This document shows, one piece after another, positions 11,851 through 24,589 of a stretch of 64,000 nt of DNA. Source of the stretch: Hydrolagus affinis (Eukaryota); contig JAAILG010000211.1 of assembly GCA_012026655.1 (NCBI GenBank), forward strand, positions 1 to 64,000, given 5' to 3'. Position numbers and translations under genes: made by a program. A model generated the notes under the pieces. That model ran no database searches. It saw only the letters and a program-made list of their open reading frames with translations, and had not been told where the DNA came from. Every line of letters starts with the position of its first letter. Within the stretch, counting starts at the first letter, position 1.

Positions 11851-12407
11851 ACAATTCCACTTCAAACCCGGTGTGAATGAAATGAAACAGCTTTAGCTCA
11901 TATCTCCAGGGAATCACTTTAACACTGAAGCAATTTACAATGAACCTTTGCTGTCATGATGAGGTTGAATAGACAAACATGATGTCAATGTGTGGATGAA
12001 TGATATTCCATTGTATTGGATGGAAGTTAAACTTGGATGAAAATAATTGAGAAAAATTGCACGCCTTAGAATAGAAATGTTCAGTTTCACTACAAAACAT
12101 GTCAATAGCTGAAAAGTGGATGATAAAGCATTTGTACACAGAGCTAATTGGTGTTTACGTAATATAGAAAATAGATAATATAGAAAGCTGTTGGTGGTGC
12201 TTCATGCAGCTAAACTACTTCTTTCAAGTGTGACAGTTGCTATCTCTGGGGATTTGTTGGACGTGACACATGAAAAATAATTAATATCAAAACTTTATCT
12301 CTTGCAGTTGTGTTCTAACATACTTCAAGTATATGAGTATTCAGAATATCAGCAGTGAAAACCAGTACACTTTCATCTTGTCATAAACCATGTTATCATG
12401 GTCTTAG

Positions 12408-12630
12408 ATGGTGTCAGCCTGGCTCAGTTCATAACAGTCTTGCCTCAGAGCCAGAAGGTTGTGCGTAACAAGTCTTTGAGCTTGTAGTCTAGATTTTAAG
12501 CTGATACAGTACTCAGAGAGCTCGGAATGTGCTTCAGATGAATCATTAAACCAAGGCTCCACCGCCTGTAAAGCTCTGCTTGTAAAACTGTAGAGCATTT
12601 TCGAGATGTTTTGATGTGGTGAGGCACTAG
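12408..12630 (+). mobile_element. SacSINE1-like Deu SINE, internally deleted
   Basis: gtcagcctggctcagtt...cttgcctcagagccagaaggttgtg...agatgaatcattaaaccaaggc, then a degraded tail. Confidence 0.6.
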
Positions 12631-13834
12631 AGCAAGGAATTTTTTTTAATTATCATTAGTGGGAGTTTACCAACTTTAACCCTCAAAATACCAATTTCCA
12701 GACGATCTGTTGCAGCCCAGGGAACTGCAGCGGAGTCCATTTGACCACTGGCATGCTTTCTCAGATACAACACTTACTGCATGTACACACAGGTGCCATA
12801 CTGGCTCTCCCTTTTATTTCAGTAAAGTAGGAATCTCAGCAGGTATATGCTGTAGCTATCAGTTAAATGTGCAATTATTTTTCATTGTTTGCAAATATTT
12901 CTGACTGCAGCAGGAAGATCTCAAGGGAAATCAGAGCCTCCACCCATTCAGGCAAACAATTGAATACTGCACTGAAAATGTTGTTATTCCCTTCAGTGAT
13001 CTATTGTATATTCATTGGAAAAGTCTGCATGTGGAAAATGTCTGGTTAAAATTAGGTCAATTTAGGGGAATATGGTTTATTTCATCTTCTGCCACAGCAT
13101 TTATATTTGTGCCTGTCTCATGTGTGTTGTTAATCGAGTGCTCTATAGAAAAAGGGCCTGTGTAAAATGTGGCGTATGATTTGAGCATGTTTGCTAGTGA
13201 TTAAAAATTATTGGTGATATTATTCATATCGCTGATATTTGTGGTGAAAAATGATAGTTATATACTAAAGATTCTCATATACCACTCACCAAATTGCAGC
13301 TGAGTGCTTTGTCGCTGAACGGCCTGAATTGATGGAGCTATTATCGTTATTGGCATTTAAATCAATCCAAGAGAGGTTCTGAGAAAGCATAATATTCCAT
13401 GTGTTAGAAAATGAATACAACACCTTGCATCACCTTCTGAATACTACAGGGTCATTATACAATTGTCAACAGATTTATCCATTGACTTGTTGACTTAATA
13501 TTAGAAAATGCAGCTCCTTCAATGCTATTCCATCAACTTTCACCTTGAAAAAGTTTTCAACAACTTCACCTTCCTCTCATCAATCTCGTGTGCTTTTCAC
13601 AGGCTCTGAAAGCAATTAAACCTCCAAGCCTTTATTTCTCCAGCACTTCAGCTTGTGAAATGCTGAGATTGCCACAGGCCATGCTGATACAAGATCACGA
13701 GCTGCCACCTCTCTGGCTCGCAGTTTAGATCTGGGTAATTTGATTTCACCTTTTTAGCTATTCAAGGTAAACACAGTGTTTACTTTATCAGATTTTTTAT
13801 CTCTAGGATAGGAAATCGCACATATCAGACAGTG

Positions 13835-14322
13835 AACATGAGAGGATTTGAATCTGGGTTCAATTCCAGGCAGGGTGAAACCTTGGGCAAATTTCTTTAC
13901 TCCACGTGCCTAATAATAATCCTTCAAAAATAAATAGATTCGTCATTTAAATCCACTACTGTTTGTGGAACACTGTTGTGCACAATTGGCTGCTGCGTTT
14001 CGCCCACAAATATACAGTCAATTCACTTTACAAGTATTTTCTGTGAAGGGCTTTGAGACGTCTTGAAGATATGAAAAGCTCTATATCAAATACCTTAAAA
14101 AGCTTGTTTATCTGGCACCCTCGCGACCTGAATTTTTTATTTTTTTAAATAAAATATTGTGCTGGATAAATTCCGGTTAATCAAATGAGGACCTTTTTTG
14201 CGGTGCTGGTTATACGGAAGTTACAGTTGATCGGGTCACAGATAAACGGGCTTTTACTGTTACTCTTATCTTACTTATCTTACTGTTATTCTTATCTTAC
14301 TGTACATGGATTATTATTATTA
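13835..14322 (+). mobile_element. tRNA-derived SINE (young family) whose tail is interrupted by a MITE
   Basis: gggttcaattccaggcagggtgaaaccttgggcaa...ctatatcaaaTA, then the MITE, then TAcatggattattatt. Confidence 0.88.
14093..14259. mobile_element. Tigger-like MITE (7190 family), internally deleted
   Basis: aaaagcttgtttatctggcaccctcg...cagataaacgggcttttactg. Confidence 0.87.
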
Positions 14323-14645
14323 TCTCTTGATACTTGTACAAAAATGCAAGTGGAGGAAAATTTTTAATCCTCTGGAGGAAAAAAGGAAAGACTTGTATAG
14401 TATTGGGAGGTGATTATGCCATCCAAAGAGAGATCTTTAGAATTCATAGATAACAAAAATTATCGACTAGTCACATCCCAAATTATATTCAAGGTGCATA
14501 TTCAGCAAGAGTAATTATTCACGTGCAAGTGGGAGGAAAGGTTCTTTAGAAGTGGTTGGAGAAAATTAGGAAATAAATTTTACCCTGGATAATCTATTAT
14601 ATTTCACATGCAAACACAATTCTGGCAAAAATAGTGAAGGGGAGT

Positions 14646-15025
14646 AATAATAATCCTTACATTTGACATGGCCCGTTATCATGTTTTTGCATGATACATC
14701 TCAATGCGCTTCACAGAATATACTGCAAAGTGAATTGATTTGTTGGTGAAACAGGTAGTCAATTGCACAAAGCACTGTACCACAAACAGTCATGGACTGA
14801 GAGACCAAATTATTATGTCAAAATTTGTAGAGATTATTAACCCCGGAAAAGCAATCTGACAATCAGCTCACAACCAGGTTCCTACTTACTGCTAGGCAAA
14901 CAGAGGCATGTGGTGTAAGGAAATTGACCCAATTGCCCTGCCCAGGATAGAGAACCCCAGTGCAAAAGCATAGAGTTTCCAACTGTTTGCAAGATTATGC
15001 AAACTATTAGCCACTGTGCCATTAA
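14646..15025 (-). mobile_element. tRNA-derived SINE, long variant
   Basis: Same tail and body as the 9173 family, plus an extra segment ccaggttcctacttactgctaggcaaacagaggc. Confidence 0.82.
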
Positions 15026-15034
15026 CCTCTGTAG

Positions 15035-15215
15035 CTCCCTCCCTCTATCCCTCCACCTCACCTATCCCCCACCCCTTATCTGTCTTTAAATCCCATCTTA
15101 AAACATCACCTCCCTCTCCCCTTCTCCCTTGCTCAACTTTGACCCACCAACTGTGAAGAGCTCCGAGATGATACTCTACATAAAGCACGCTTTATAACTG
15201 AACATCTTTGTTGAT
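15035..15215 (+). mobile_element. Old L2 3' end (family B-like)
   Basis: tttaaatcccatcttaaaac...ctgtgaagagctccgagatg...cgctttataa. Confidence 0.6.
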
Positions 15216-17486
15216 AAAACCTCTTTGAGCCTTCAATCTCGCAATAAATATTTTAAGACAAACATGGAAGGTTGTCATTGAATCAAAGTTATTTTTCTAA
15301 AAAGGCCCTTCGTATGACTGAAACATTCAGACTTTTTTTGTTTGAAGCTGTTACATGATTATTCAGTGAAAAGCGCAAATCTTGATGATTAAGTTTGTGA
15401 CAGATCATTAAGCAGTAGTCAACGCCTCATCAAGTGCCTCCTCATTTAAAGTCACAGCTCCAAACTCGAGACGAAAAATACTTGGCAGCATTCTCAGCCA
15501 GTCAGAATTTAAATAATTGGCTGCAGCTTGAACCTTGGCATCCATGACTTAATGAAGTAGCAGAATGGTCTCTGAATATACACAGGGCCCAATATATATC
15601 TAAAGCTTGCAATAAAATGCAGTGAAATGCCATTTATGAATCTTTGTTGTTCCTGCATTTTATATAACATCTTGTAAAACTGAATGGGAATCATGCAACT
15701 TTAATAATATTACGGGCAGAACAGAGTATTTCTACTCTGTTAATGACTCAAACCAACTTACATCGATAGCACATCTTTAAAAATATTCATTGGTAGTACA
15801 GGAAATAGCCTGAAAAATACACATACTGATTGGGGTCTAAGGTGCAGGACTTTCAAATACATTTTTTATTGAGTTTCGATACCATGGAACATGTTGTATA
15901 ATGTGGTATCAATTTCTGAGTTGTAAGATATGGTGAAGAGTGCATCACATTGAGAACAACAGGGGGAAGTGTCACACGGGAAAGCCATGTGTGTGAAAAG
16001 GATTCAGATGTGTGCAAGTCATGGCACAAAGTAAACCACAGCACTTCTGAGACGTATTATAGGACTTTTAAATGTAATGTTAAATGGTTGCTGACTTTAA
16101 AAATGCATTATATTCCCAAAACATGCTCTACTTAAATTAACATTGCATTTCAGACAACACAGTGTAAAAAAAGTACCAGGATTTTGGTCAGTAAAGTGGG
16201 GGGAACAGAGCGGATAAACGCTGGCACTTTGATGCATTTATATAAATAATTATTTGATATCCAAAGCAAAACATGCAAACATTTCTTGGTTTGAAAGAAA
16301 CCCTTACATTTGATGCATTGCTAATGACTTGAGCCCTGGCATGAATAGCAGCCACCTGAAAGGCAATTGCCATGCTTTGTGTTTTGCCTGCAGTTGAATC
16401 TATATTAAAGGCAAGCGTTCCTGCAGACTGTGCCACTACATCCCAGCCCCTGTCAATTATATCTTGGAGTAGAGCAGGTTGGTTCGAATTCACTGCAAGT
16501 GAGCAGAAGCTTCCAATTCTCCTTTGGAACAAACCAGCTTCCCACTGAGCAAGCAATCAAGCAATGATGCATTGTGCATTCTTTGCAGAGACGCATTTAC
16601 TGCTCCTTAAAAGGCATATTCAGGCGCTCTGTGTTTTTTTTAAATAATGTAGCTCTATGGTTTTATGAATATTTGTAAATAACTAAATCATTTTTCTGTT
16701 ATATAATTTGAATAAAATAGACTAATTTCTCCGCTCTGTGTAAATTACTTCCCACCTGAAGGATTTAAACCTCGGTAGACCAGTAGTGTCAAAGAGACCA
16801 AAGGAAGAGTATTTAACACGGTCGTGAGTATTCATTTAAGAATTGCCTTAATGATACCATTGATATCATTGCAAGATTTAATTGCTTACAAGCACACATG
16901 TTATCTACCTGACAAACATTGTGCAATAATGTGCTTGTGTGGATGGTATGTGCTGTTCTAGTGGCTCTGCACAGTATGAGTTATTTGGGGAGCCTTGTAG
17001 AATACCAGTTTTGCTTATTGCATTGTACTTGCTGTGATGTGCCTTAGATTCCTTCACCAACTGATCAATCACCATGTGTCAATGCTGAGTTCAGAGTCTT
17101 GTCAATAGATTGAATTGTCAGTAGATCTGAGCTGCTCCCCCTGAAATGTTCTTGGTCCCACCCCTGCACACTCCGCTAATACCAAATGTTGGTATGCATT
17201 CTGTGATAAAATAGTGCTCCTATATTTTGCATCTAAAATTTGTGGAAAAGAATAGGATATACAATATTTAAAATGCTATATTGCCTATGAATAATTTTTT
17301 TTACTCTTGGGTAAAAAATAAATAGTTCACAGATAAACCACCTATGAGCGAAAGTAGCCTAATGGTTTAACATCCTGAGGTGGAATTTGCAAAGGATAAA
17401 CAAAAAATATCATGATGTCACAATAATTACAATTAATCGAGGTGACAATAATTTAACCATGAAAATTAAGATAAATTCATGATGTG

Positions 17487-17561
17487 CCCCTGACTGTTCA
17501 GCACCTTGGGACATCCTCCCAATATGAAAGGTGCTCTAAAAATGTAATGTTGTTGTTGTTG
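17487..17561 (+). mobile_element. Isolated L2 family A tail
   Basis: cccctgactgttcagcaccttgggacatcctcccaatatgaaaggtgctcta...(TTG)n. Confidence 0.85.
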
Positions 17562-19114
17562 TACTGGTGGAATGTGAATTTCTGATCTGTTATTAGCTAG
17601 GCCTACTTAACCAAAATGGTTATATTAGAAATATTACTGAGAGGTTAAGCACATCTTTGCACGCTCTTGCTCTTTAATTTAAAAATGAAATGCCGAAAAT
17701 ACATTTAATCCACTTGGTGAAGTTATTACTTTTATTAATTTTAGTATTTGTCTACTTGAGAAATGTACAGACCTTCAAAAAGCAAACTACTTTCCTGACC
17801 TTTCAAACAGCTAGGAGTGGCATATTGCTTCATTCAATGCAAATTTCAAAGTATTCATTTTGGTACATCATCAAATGTCAACGCAAAAATATATCTTGCT
17901 TTTGTCACCAGCATGAAAGTTTGAAAATGTACCGCATGCATCTATTCTCAAATTGGCAAATTTGGCCAAATAATACTTACACATTATTTCTGTCAGACTT
18001 CTAACTGACATTTAAATGTCAGTACTATTTTGCTTGTTAGGCGTATCAGACGTTTAATAATTTCCTAACCATAGTTCAAATGTACCTTACCTATTTCCTT
18101 TTTAGATTAAACAGCAGAACACTGTAAAGGGTTCTACTGTCTTTATTCTACAATAATCATTCAGTTAGTGTTCATATTTGGGGCTTAGATTTAATTCATT
18201 ATCATTGGGCAAAAGGAACTGACAGAATTACACAGTTTACACTATGATACATAACATACGAGATTAAATGTCCATTCACCAATGAATCATGATTTTGAAA
18301 AAATCTCCTTCTTTCTCTCAGCATAGCTGTTAAGACTCCAAAATTAAGTATAGTACTGTAAACCAAAATTGTAAATATGATTTTTTTTTTACAATTTCCT
18401 CAATGAGTATGATTGCTTAATGTAACATTGATCATAATCCAAAATGATGTGTGACTTTCAAATCAACACTGACTGGCATAAATTGGATGATCTCAGTGTG
18501 AGCTCCTCAAGGCAAGTGGTATTACAAATGGCAACTTTGGAGTAGAGTGCACAAAAGTTAGGTATTCTAAAATCTCTTACTATCAAGGCTATTGCTGGCA
18601 GCTTTATTCATTTGGGATATGTTTAGTCTTTAATACAGCATCTCTCTCTTAAAGCTGATGTTCACATCAGTGAAACTCACCTCACCTTAAGATTTAGCCA
18701 TATTTGAATTAGGCTTTCTTTTGATTTACATTTGATTTTTAAATTGCATTTTATTTTCTTCGGGCAGCAAGTGCTGGGTAAAGTTAGAAAACAAAGCAGA
18801 AAAGTGGCTAAAAGCACAAGCAAATCTCCCATGACCTGTAAGTGTTTTAAAATATTGATGTGAATGGAGCTGCAGTAAAATGTTTTCCTTAAAATGAATG
18901 CACAACATGTCAAGTGTCTGAAAAGAGCTATGTTGAAGTCAGTTACCACCTCTCTCTCTCTTTCACTCTGGAATGTATTATATTTGCCCGACTGAATAAC
19001 CAACGAGGTACTCTTACATAAATGCATTCTGTTATTATAAAGTATTTAAACTAAATATAAGTAGAGTTTCTTTTTTAAAAAAAGTTTATCTGAAGTTAAT
19101 GATGTCATGGCCTG

Positions 19115-19230
19115 ATATGAAAAGAGAAAGGAGTTTCTGCCCGGTGTCATGGCCAACATTTCCCAGCTAATAATTGTTCATTCACTTCATGGCTGTTTGT
19201 GGTTCATTGCTTTGCACAAATCTGTCGCCT
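19115..19230 (+). mobile_element. Ancient Deu-domain SINE fragment
   Basis: ggagtttctgcccggtgtcatggccaacatt...gctgtttgtggttcattgctttgcacaaat. Confidence 0.6.
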
Positions 19231-19232
19231 GG

Positions 19233-19390
19233 AAACAATAACAACAAAACTACATTTGTATAGCGCCTGTCACGTCAGGAGGACAATCAGAGTTGGGGGG
19301 ATGGGGGGTGAGATCAGGGAGGTTGGAGACAATGAGAAGGAATGAGGGTGATGGTCCAAGAGGAGGGTCTTGAGATGGATCTTGAAGCCA
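19233..19390 (-). mobile_element. L2 family A 3' end
   Basis: Minus-strand FKIHLKTLLLD peptide and a partial hairpin tail with (CAA)n on the + strand. Confidence 0.8.
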
Positions 19391-20769
19391 CTACAAAATG
19401 CAATCACTACACTGCAGTAAAATCCCGTGAAGCCTTTGAGATATCTGGACAATATGAGCAGACACTATATAAAATGTAAGCATTATTGTAGTTTGTGTAG
19501 TTCAGGACCCTACTACCTAAAGTCCTGATGCTCTGGACTCTATAGAAAGCAATCTCTTGTGTTCTCCATTGACTGACAACCCCAGCTTGGATGAGCTTAA
19601 TCACATCCATTAAATAAATCAGACTAATCACGAGAGCGGGGCACACAACATTATACATATCTCAAGGAGTTTAGGTATGGAGACAGGTAATGATGCAGGT
19701 TATGGAGACAACTAATTTAGGCTCATTTCTGTAAGGGGTTTTGACCCATGAATTTGACAGCACGTTCAATTGAAGTGTGATTGTAACCATGTTAGTGTAA
19801 AACAAATATAACCAGAAACAATAGTTACAAAATTGCATTAAAATACATTAGATGTGCAATGACTCCCCAGAATTCCTTAGCTAACCCTTACCTTTAATTA
19901 AAGTGCTCGTTGGCTTAAAAGTTTGTTGTTTTTATCCCAGTTCTATTCTTTAGGGACAGGTAAAAGATGTGATTTGAAAGCTCAAAGATGACATCTGGAC
20001 CTGTACTAGCTTTACACCCATACCTGCTCCTTGTGCCCAGTGTCAGCACCATTCTTTTGAAATAATTCCCCAGAGCTGCCCTCAGATACAGACTGTCAAC
20101 TTCTGAGCTGATATATTAGATCTACTGTTGGCCAAGGCTGATAGTATCTCAGCAACACATTGAGCAAAAAAAAACTGCTTCTGTTTGTGCTGCTCTATGT
20201 TGTAGGCTGTTTTTTTAAAAAAAGGAATGTTTTGTTGTTGGTTAAAGGGTTTTAGGTTCTAAGGTGAACCTTCCTGGCATACTGAATAGTGGGGTAAAAA
20301 CAAATCTGATGTTTTTGCAACGGATTTGCACGTGGTATCTGTTATGGAGTGGCATATTTTTTCACCCTAATACCTTCCCTCAACATTTCTTAATTGGATT
20401 GGAATCACAATGCAGTTATGGCTCCCCAATTCATCAGCTAAAACATGCAGTACCACTCCACCAAGTGGTTCTCTCAGCACAGAACATTTCAATTGCAGAT
20501 TATCCATAATTCAGCAATTTAAGATGAGACATTGCTTGATTATGTTTCATGTATTTTGGCTAAGTAGGAAGTTCAAAATATAATGAACTGATTAGGCAAG
20601 GTTGTGACACGTCTGTGGTTCGTACGTCATTAAGAACCTGTAATATACTTGGATTTAAAAATTCTATAAAATTCCTGTCAACCTCATGGAGAGAATACAT
20701 ATAGCCTCATGTGGAGATATCCATGTGTTGTTAGTCCAGAAAGGCTATTGCAATGCTTTAGATTCCCTC

Positions 20770-20975
20770 AACTAATCCCTCAAAAAAAACAATAATGAAA
20801 TTGGAATTTCAATCCACAATGGTTTGTGGGGCACTGCTGTGCACAATTGGCTGCCATGTTTCACCCACAAATGTACAGTCAATTCACTTTACAGTATATT
20901 TTGTGAAGTGCTTTGAGATGTCCAGAAGACGTGATAAGGCCAAATGCAAGGATTATTATTATTATTATTATTATT
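20770..20975 (+). mobile_element. tRNA-derived SINE (young family), 3' two-thirds
   Basis: gctgtgcacaattggctgcc...gtgaagtgctttgagatgtccagaagacgtgataaggc and (ATT)n. Confidence 0.88.
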
Positions 20976-21119
20976 CCTGAATGGAGGCCAGAATGCGATG
21001 AATAAAATCTCTATTGTTCCAACAATTTTGTTCTCAAGATCGGAAATAGTGTCTTGCAAACATGTGTGTTTTTTTTTATCATATCTCAATTGTATTGCAG
21101 CCTCTCTATAATTTACATG

Positions 21120-21350
21120 AACACGCAACGAGTTGTTCGGATCTGGAATGCATTTCCTGAAAGGGTGATGGAAGCCGATTCGATAACAACTTTTAAGAGA
21201 AAAGTAGGTAATTATTTATAGATGACAGGTTTCCAGCGCTATAGGGTGAGAGCAGTGGAGTGGGATTGATTTGGACAGCTATTTTCAAAATAGCTGGTGC
21301 AGACACGATAGGCCAAATGGCCTCCTTCTGTGCTGTGTAATCTATGATTC
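21120..21350 (+). mobile_element. CR1 LINE 3' end (shark HER1-like)
   Basis: RVVRIWNAFPERVMEAD-coding remnant and tail ggccaaatggcctccttctgtgctgt...ctatgattc. Confidence 0.85.
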
Positions 21351-23265
21351 TTCCTCATGCTTCCCAAAACTTGCAGAAGCAAACAAATAGTGTGAGCTCA
21401 TTGAAGCAAGTTGCTGACATGATTCATGTTCATTTATTCTAGCTAATCATAAGTGCAGAATAATATGGTTTCACTGCATGTTAACTCCAGTTAAGCAACA
21501 TGCAGTTGCTGAGGCAAAGAGGCTCAATGGTCGTTCCTGAAGCAAAGCTACGTTGTTAACTCATCAGAATAATCACAGGTGATCTGAAAACATCTGGTGT
21601 TGTAAGCAGCTGCATCACTGAAAGTAATGTCAATGTTGTTAAACAGAAATCAGGTAGGAAAGGAGGGTTGAAATGCTGTTGGACATTTGAGTTTTTAAAT
21701 AGCTCTGTTTTTAGAAATTATTTGCGAAGATGCGATATGTGTTAAGAACTCTAAACAGACCTCAAATTATTTGAAAATTAGGATGAATTATTGTACTGTA
21801 TATTGAAAGCTCTTCCTCTGACCTAACATTTCTTGTAACCAATACTTCCTTTATATTATGCTTGGCTGGTGTACAGTACAAGACAGTGCTTCGCATATAA
21901 ACTATATTTATACAATTCTATGACCAGTCAAATTTAATTTTCAAAATTAGATTCTTGTGCGTAATTTCAGCCGCATGACACTAATGCAAGATGCAAAGTA
22001 GAATTGCATTTTGTGTAGAGATACTTGCAGAGGCTGCAAACAAATTTGTAGGTCACAATTGTACCCCATTAGAACTCATATTGATATTTCATCAAAAGCT
22101 CTTATATACTTTCAGAATCCATTAGTTGCTTTTATTTCCATGATTACTATGATGTTGATCTCATTTGTTTTTTGTGCCTGAAAAACCTCAAAAAAATGTA
22201 ATGGTTTTTACCGCAATGCGTAATGTAATGAATGTAGCTGTAAAAGTAATTTCAAGCAGTAAATTTGTGAAGAAGCATTAAATAATCCTAAGGGACTTCC
22301 TGCAACCATCCTGCCCACTGGCAATATCAAAAGTCTATACTTTGTAAGCATTTCACGATGCATTTTCAAAACTATCAATGCGTGTTGCTCAAAATCGTTG
22401 CCAATTCCAGCTCAGCCTTCTGGAATGCGTTTGCAGTGATAGTTACATCTTAAACTATGGCTGTCTGCAGCAACACAAGTGAGGGTGTTGTTAACAGTGC
22501 AGGTTTCTATCAGAAACAAATGTGGCTCAAAATACAGAAAGCTTTGGTGAGTTAATGAGGACAAATCTGTTTAGCATATTTCTCAGAAAGAAGCATTACC
22601 GACAAATGTTTTCAATAATTTAAAATGATCATATCAGCTCTTCCATCCATAGAACTCTATAGACTGTAGAACTCAATTCTATGCTTGGGAACATCTTGTG
22701 TGGCTTTATGAGACACAAATTATTACTATATAATCAACAGCCTTGCACTGTAATTCATAATACTAATTACTTGCGGGATGAGGATTTCAAATTGCCCAAT
22801 GTGTTTGATGTTTATTCCCAAGTTCCAATGAGGTAGAAATAATTATTTCAGGAAAATGCCTATGCCATTCTTTATAAACCATGGAAGCTCATTATCACAA
22901 AGGAGCTATCATAATAAACAGTATATCTTTTGCTATAACCTTTTTCCTTAGTAAGATAATGATAAACCAAAAAACAATGATGTGAAATGTATTGTTACAA
23001 TCTTTCTGGGTTATTGCAACGCTGATCTGGAAGTTGGTCAAAAGCAAAAGTCAAAGCATATTTTAATTTATATGATTGAGAAGATGAGATGTAGATTTGG
23101 AGGACAATGCCAATTACTTGTGATCATCTGTCTCATTTATGTTACTTTTGAAATGTTGGCATCCTATGATATTCACAAGTGCAATGAAACTTCTACAATT
23201 TTGTAGAAGCTTTGCCTAAGTATGACTTAATAAGACATTTTTGGAAATCAGACATAAAACCAGTG

Positions 23266-24000
23266 CAACAACAACAAAATCACACTGATAGAGCTCGTTG
23301 TACATCAGGAGGACATCCAAAGGCGCTGAACAGTCAGGGGTCGGGCCCGAGCAAGTGGGAGGGGCGGCAGAAGGCACGATCGAAAGGAGAGTCTGAGACC
23401 GGCCTTGAAGGAGGCAAGGAAGGAAGCGAGGCGGAGGGACTGTGGAATGGAGTTTCAGAGTGTGCGGGCAGAGAGGCTGAAAGCCCAGCCACCGATGGTA
23501 GCAGACACAGAATGGAGACGGTGTGAAAGATAAGACCTAAACCAGTCAAGGACAGAACCTTGAAGGTTGAGGTAGGAGAAGAGGTGGTGGGGGAGGATCG
23601 AATGGTCCACGGTATCAAAAGCGGCGGATAGATCAAGGAGAACAACAACAACTTGGATTAAATAGCACTCTCCACGTCAGACGGCGTCTCAAAGCACTTC
23701 GAACAAGGAGGCAGCAGGAGCCCTGGTCACAAATGGTCTGGATATCATTTGTGACCTTGACCAGGGCAGTTTCCATGCTGTGGGAGCCCAATTGGAGGGG
23801 CTCGTGGAGGGAGTGGAATGAGAGGAAAGAGCAAAGCTGGGAGACAATGACTCTTTATAGAACTTTCGATAGAAAAGGGAGGTTGGAGATGAGCTGGTAG
23901 CTTGAAAGCTGTGAAGCGTCAAGGGAAGGTTTCTTCAGAATCTGGGTGATAGTGGCTGTCTTGAGGGGTGTGGGAAAGGTGCCAGATGAGAGGGATAGAT
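23266..24000 (-). mobile_element. L2 family A remnant with RT-domain fragments and 3' end (internally deleted)
   Basis: The minus strand encodes [38 protein letters not shown] and FDRAF, followed by the family A tail. Confidence 0.9.
23641..23702 (-). mobile_element. L2 family B tail nested inside the family A remnant
   Basis: aacaacaacaacttggattaaatagcactctccacgtcagacggcgtctcaaagcacttc. Confidence 0.75.
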
Positions 24001-24589
24001 GCACACTGAGTTGTACAGTTTGTGAGAAGCATCTCTGGAATTTAGTGTTAAATGTTGAAAAGCTAGTGTTTTAAATTAAATCTGGTTCAGATTGGCTGTA
24101 AACATTAAAAGTGATGATTCCAAGAATAAATACAATGTGTTTATTAATTTGTTCCTGCTTCCGAAATTCACACATTCCTGCCACTGTAATTACTAAATTC
24201 GCAAATGAGAGCATCATAACCTTGGGTCAAATATCCAGAAATGTTTTATATCAGAATCTGATACATTTGCTAGTGATACTTCTAGTAATTATGTGAAGTA
24301 CAGTACAATGTGAAAGAATGATACATAGCAATTGACAAATCAAGTTTGCACTGGCCCAAGGAGCAAGGAGATCAATTCAATTCCACCACCTGCCTTATTT
24401 CCCGTATATTTTCAAGTCTCTCTTAACACTTAGTAGTATCATGTGATGGATGGTTGAACAGCAGTAGAGTGACTCAACTAGGCAAGGATATATGTTAAGT
24501 ATTGTGATAACTCAATGCCCAATGATTTAACACATTGCATTGTCTCCTGCATCTCCTGATTGGAGAGATGGGAATACAAGGCGCTTGCA

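Noticed and set aside
17497-17517. REST/RE1-like site ttcagcacc-ttg-ggacat
   Set aside because: The spacer is 3 nt instead of 2 and the right half is poor; it arises from CpG decay of an L2 tail
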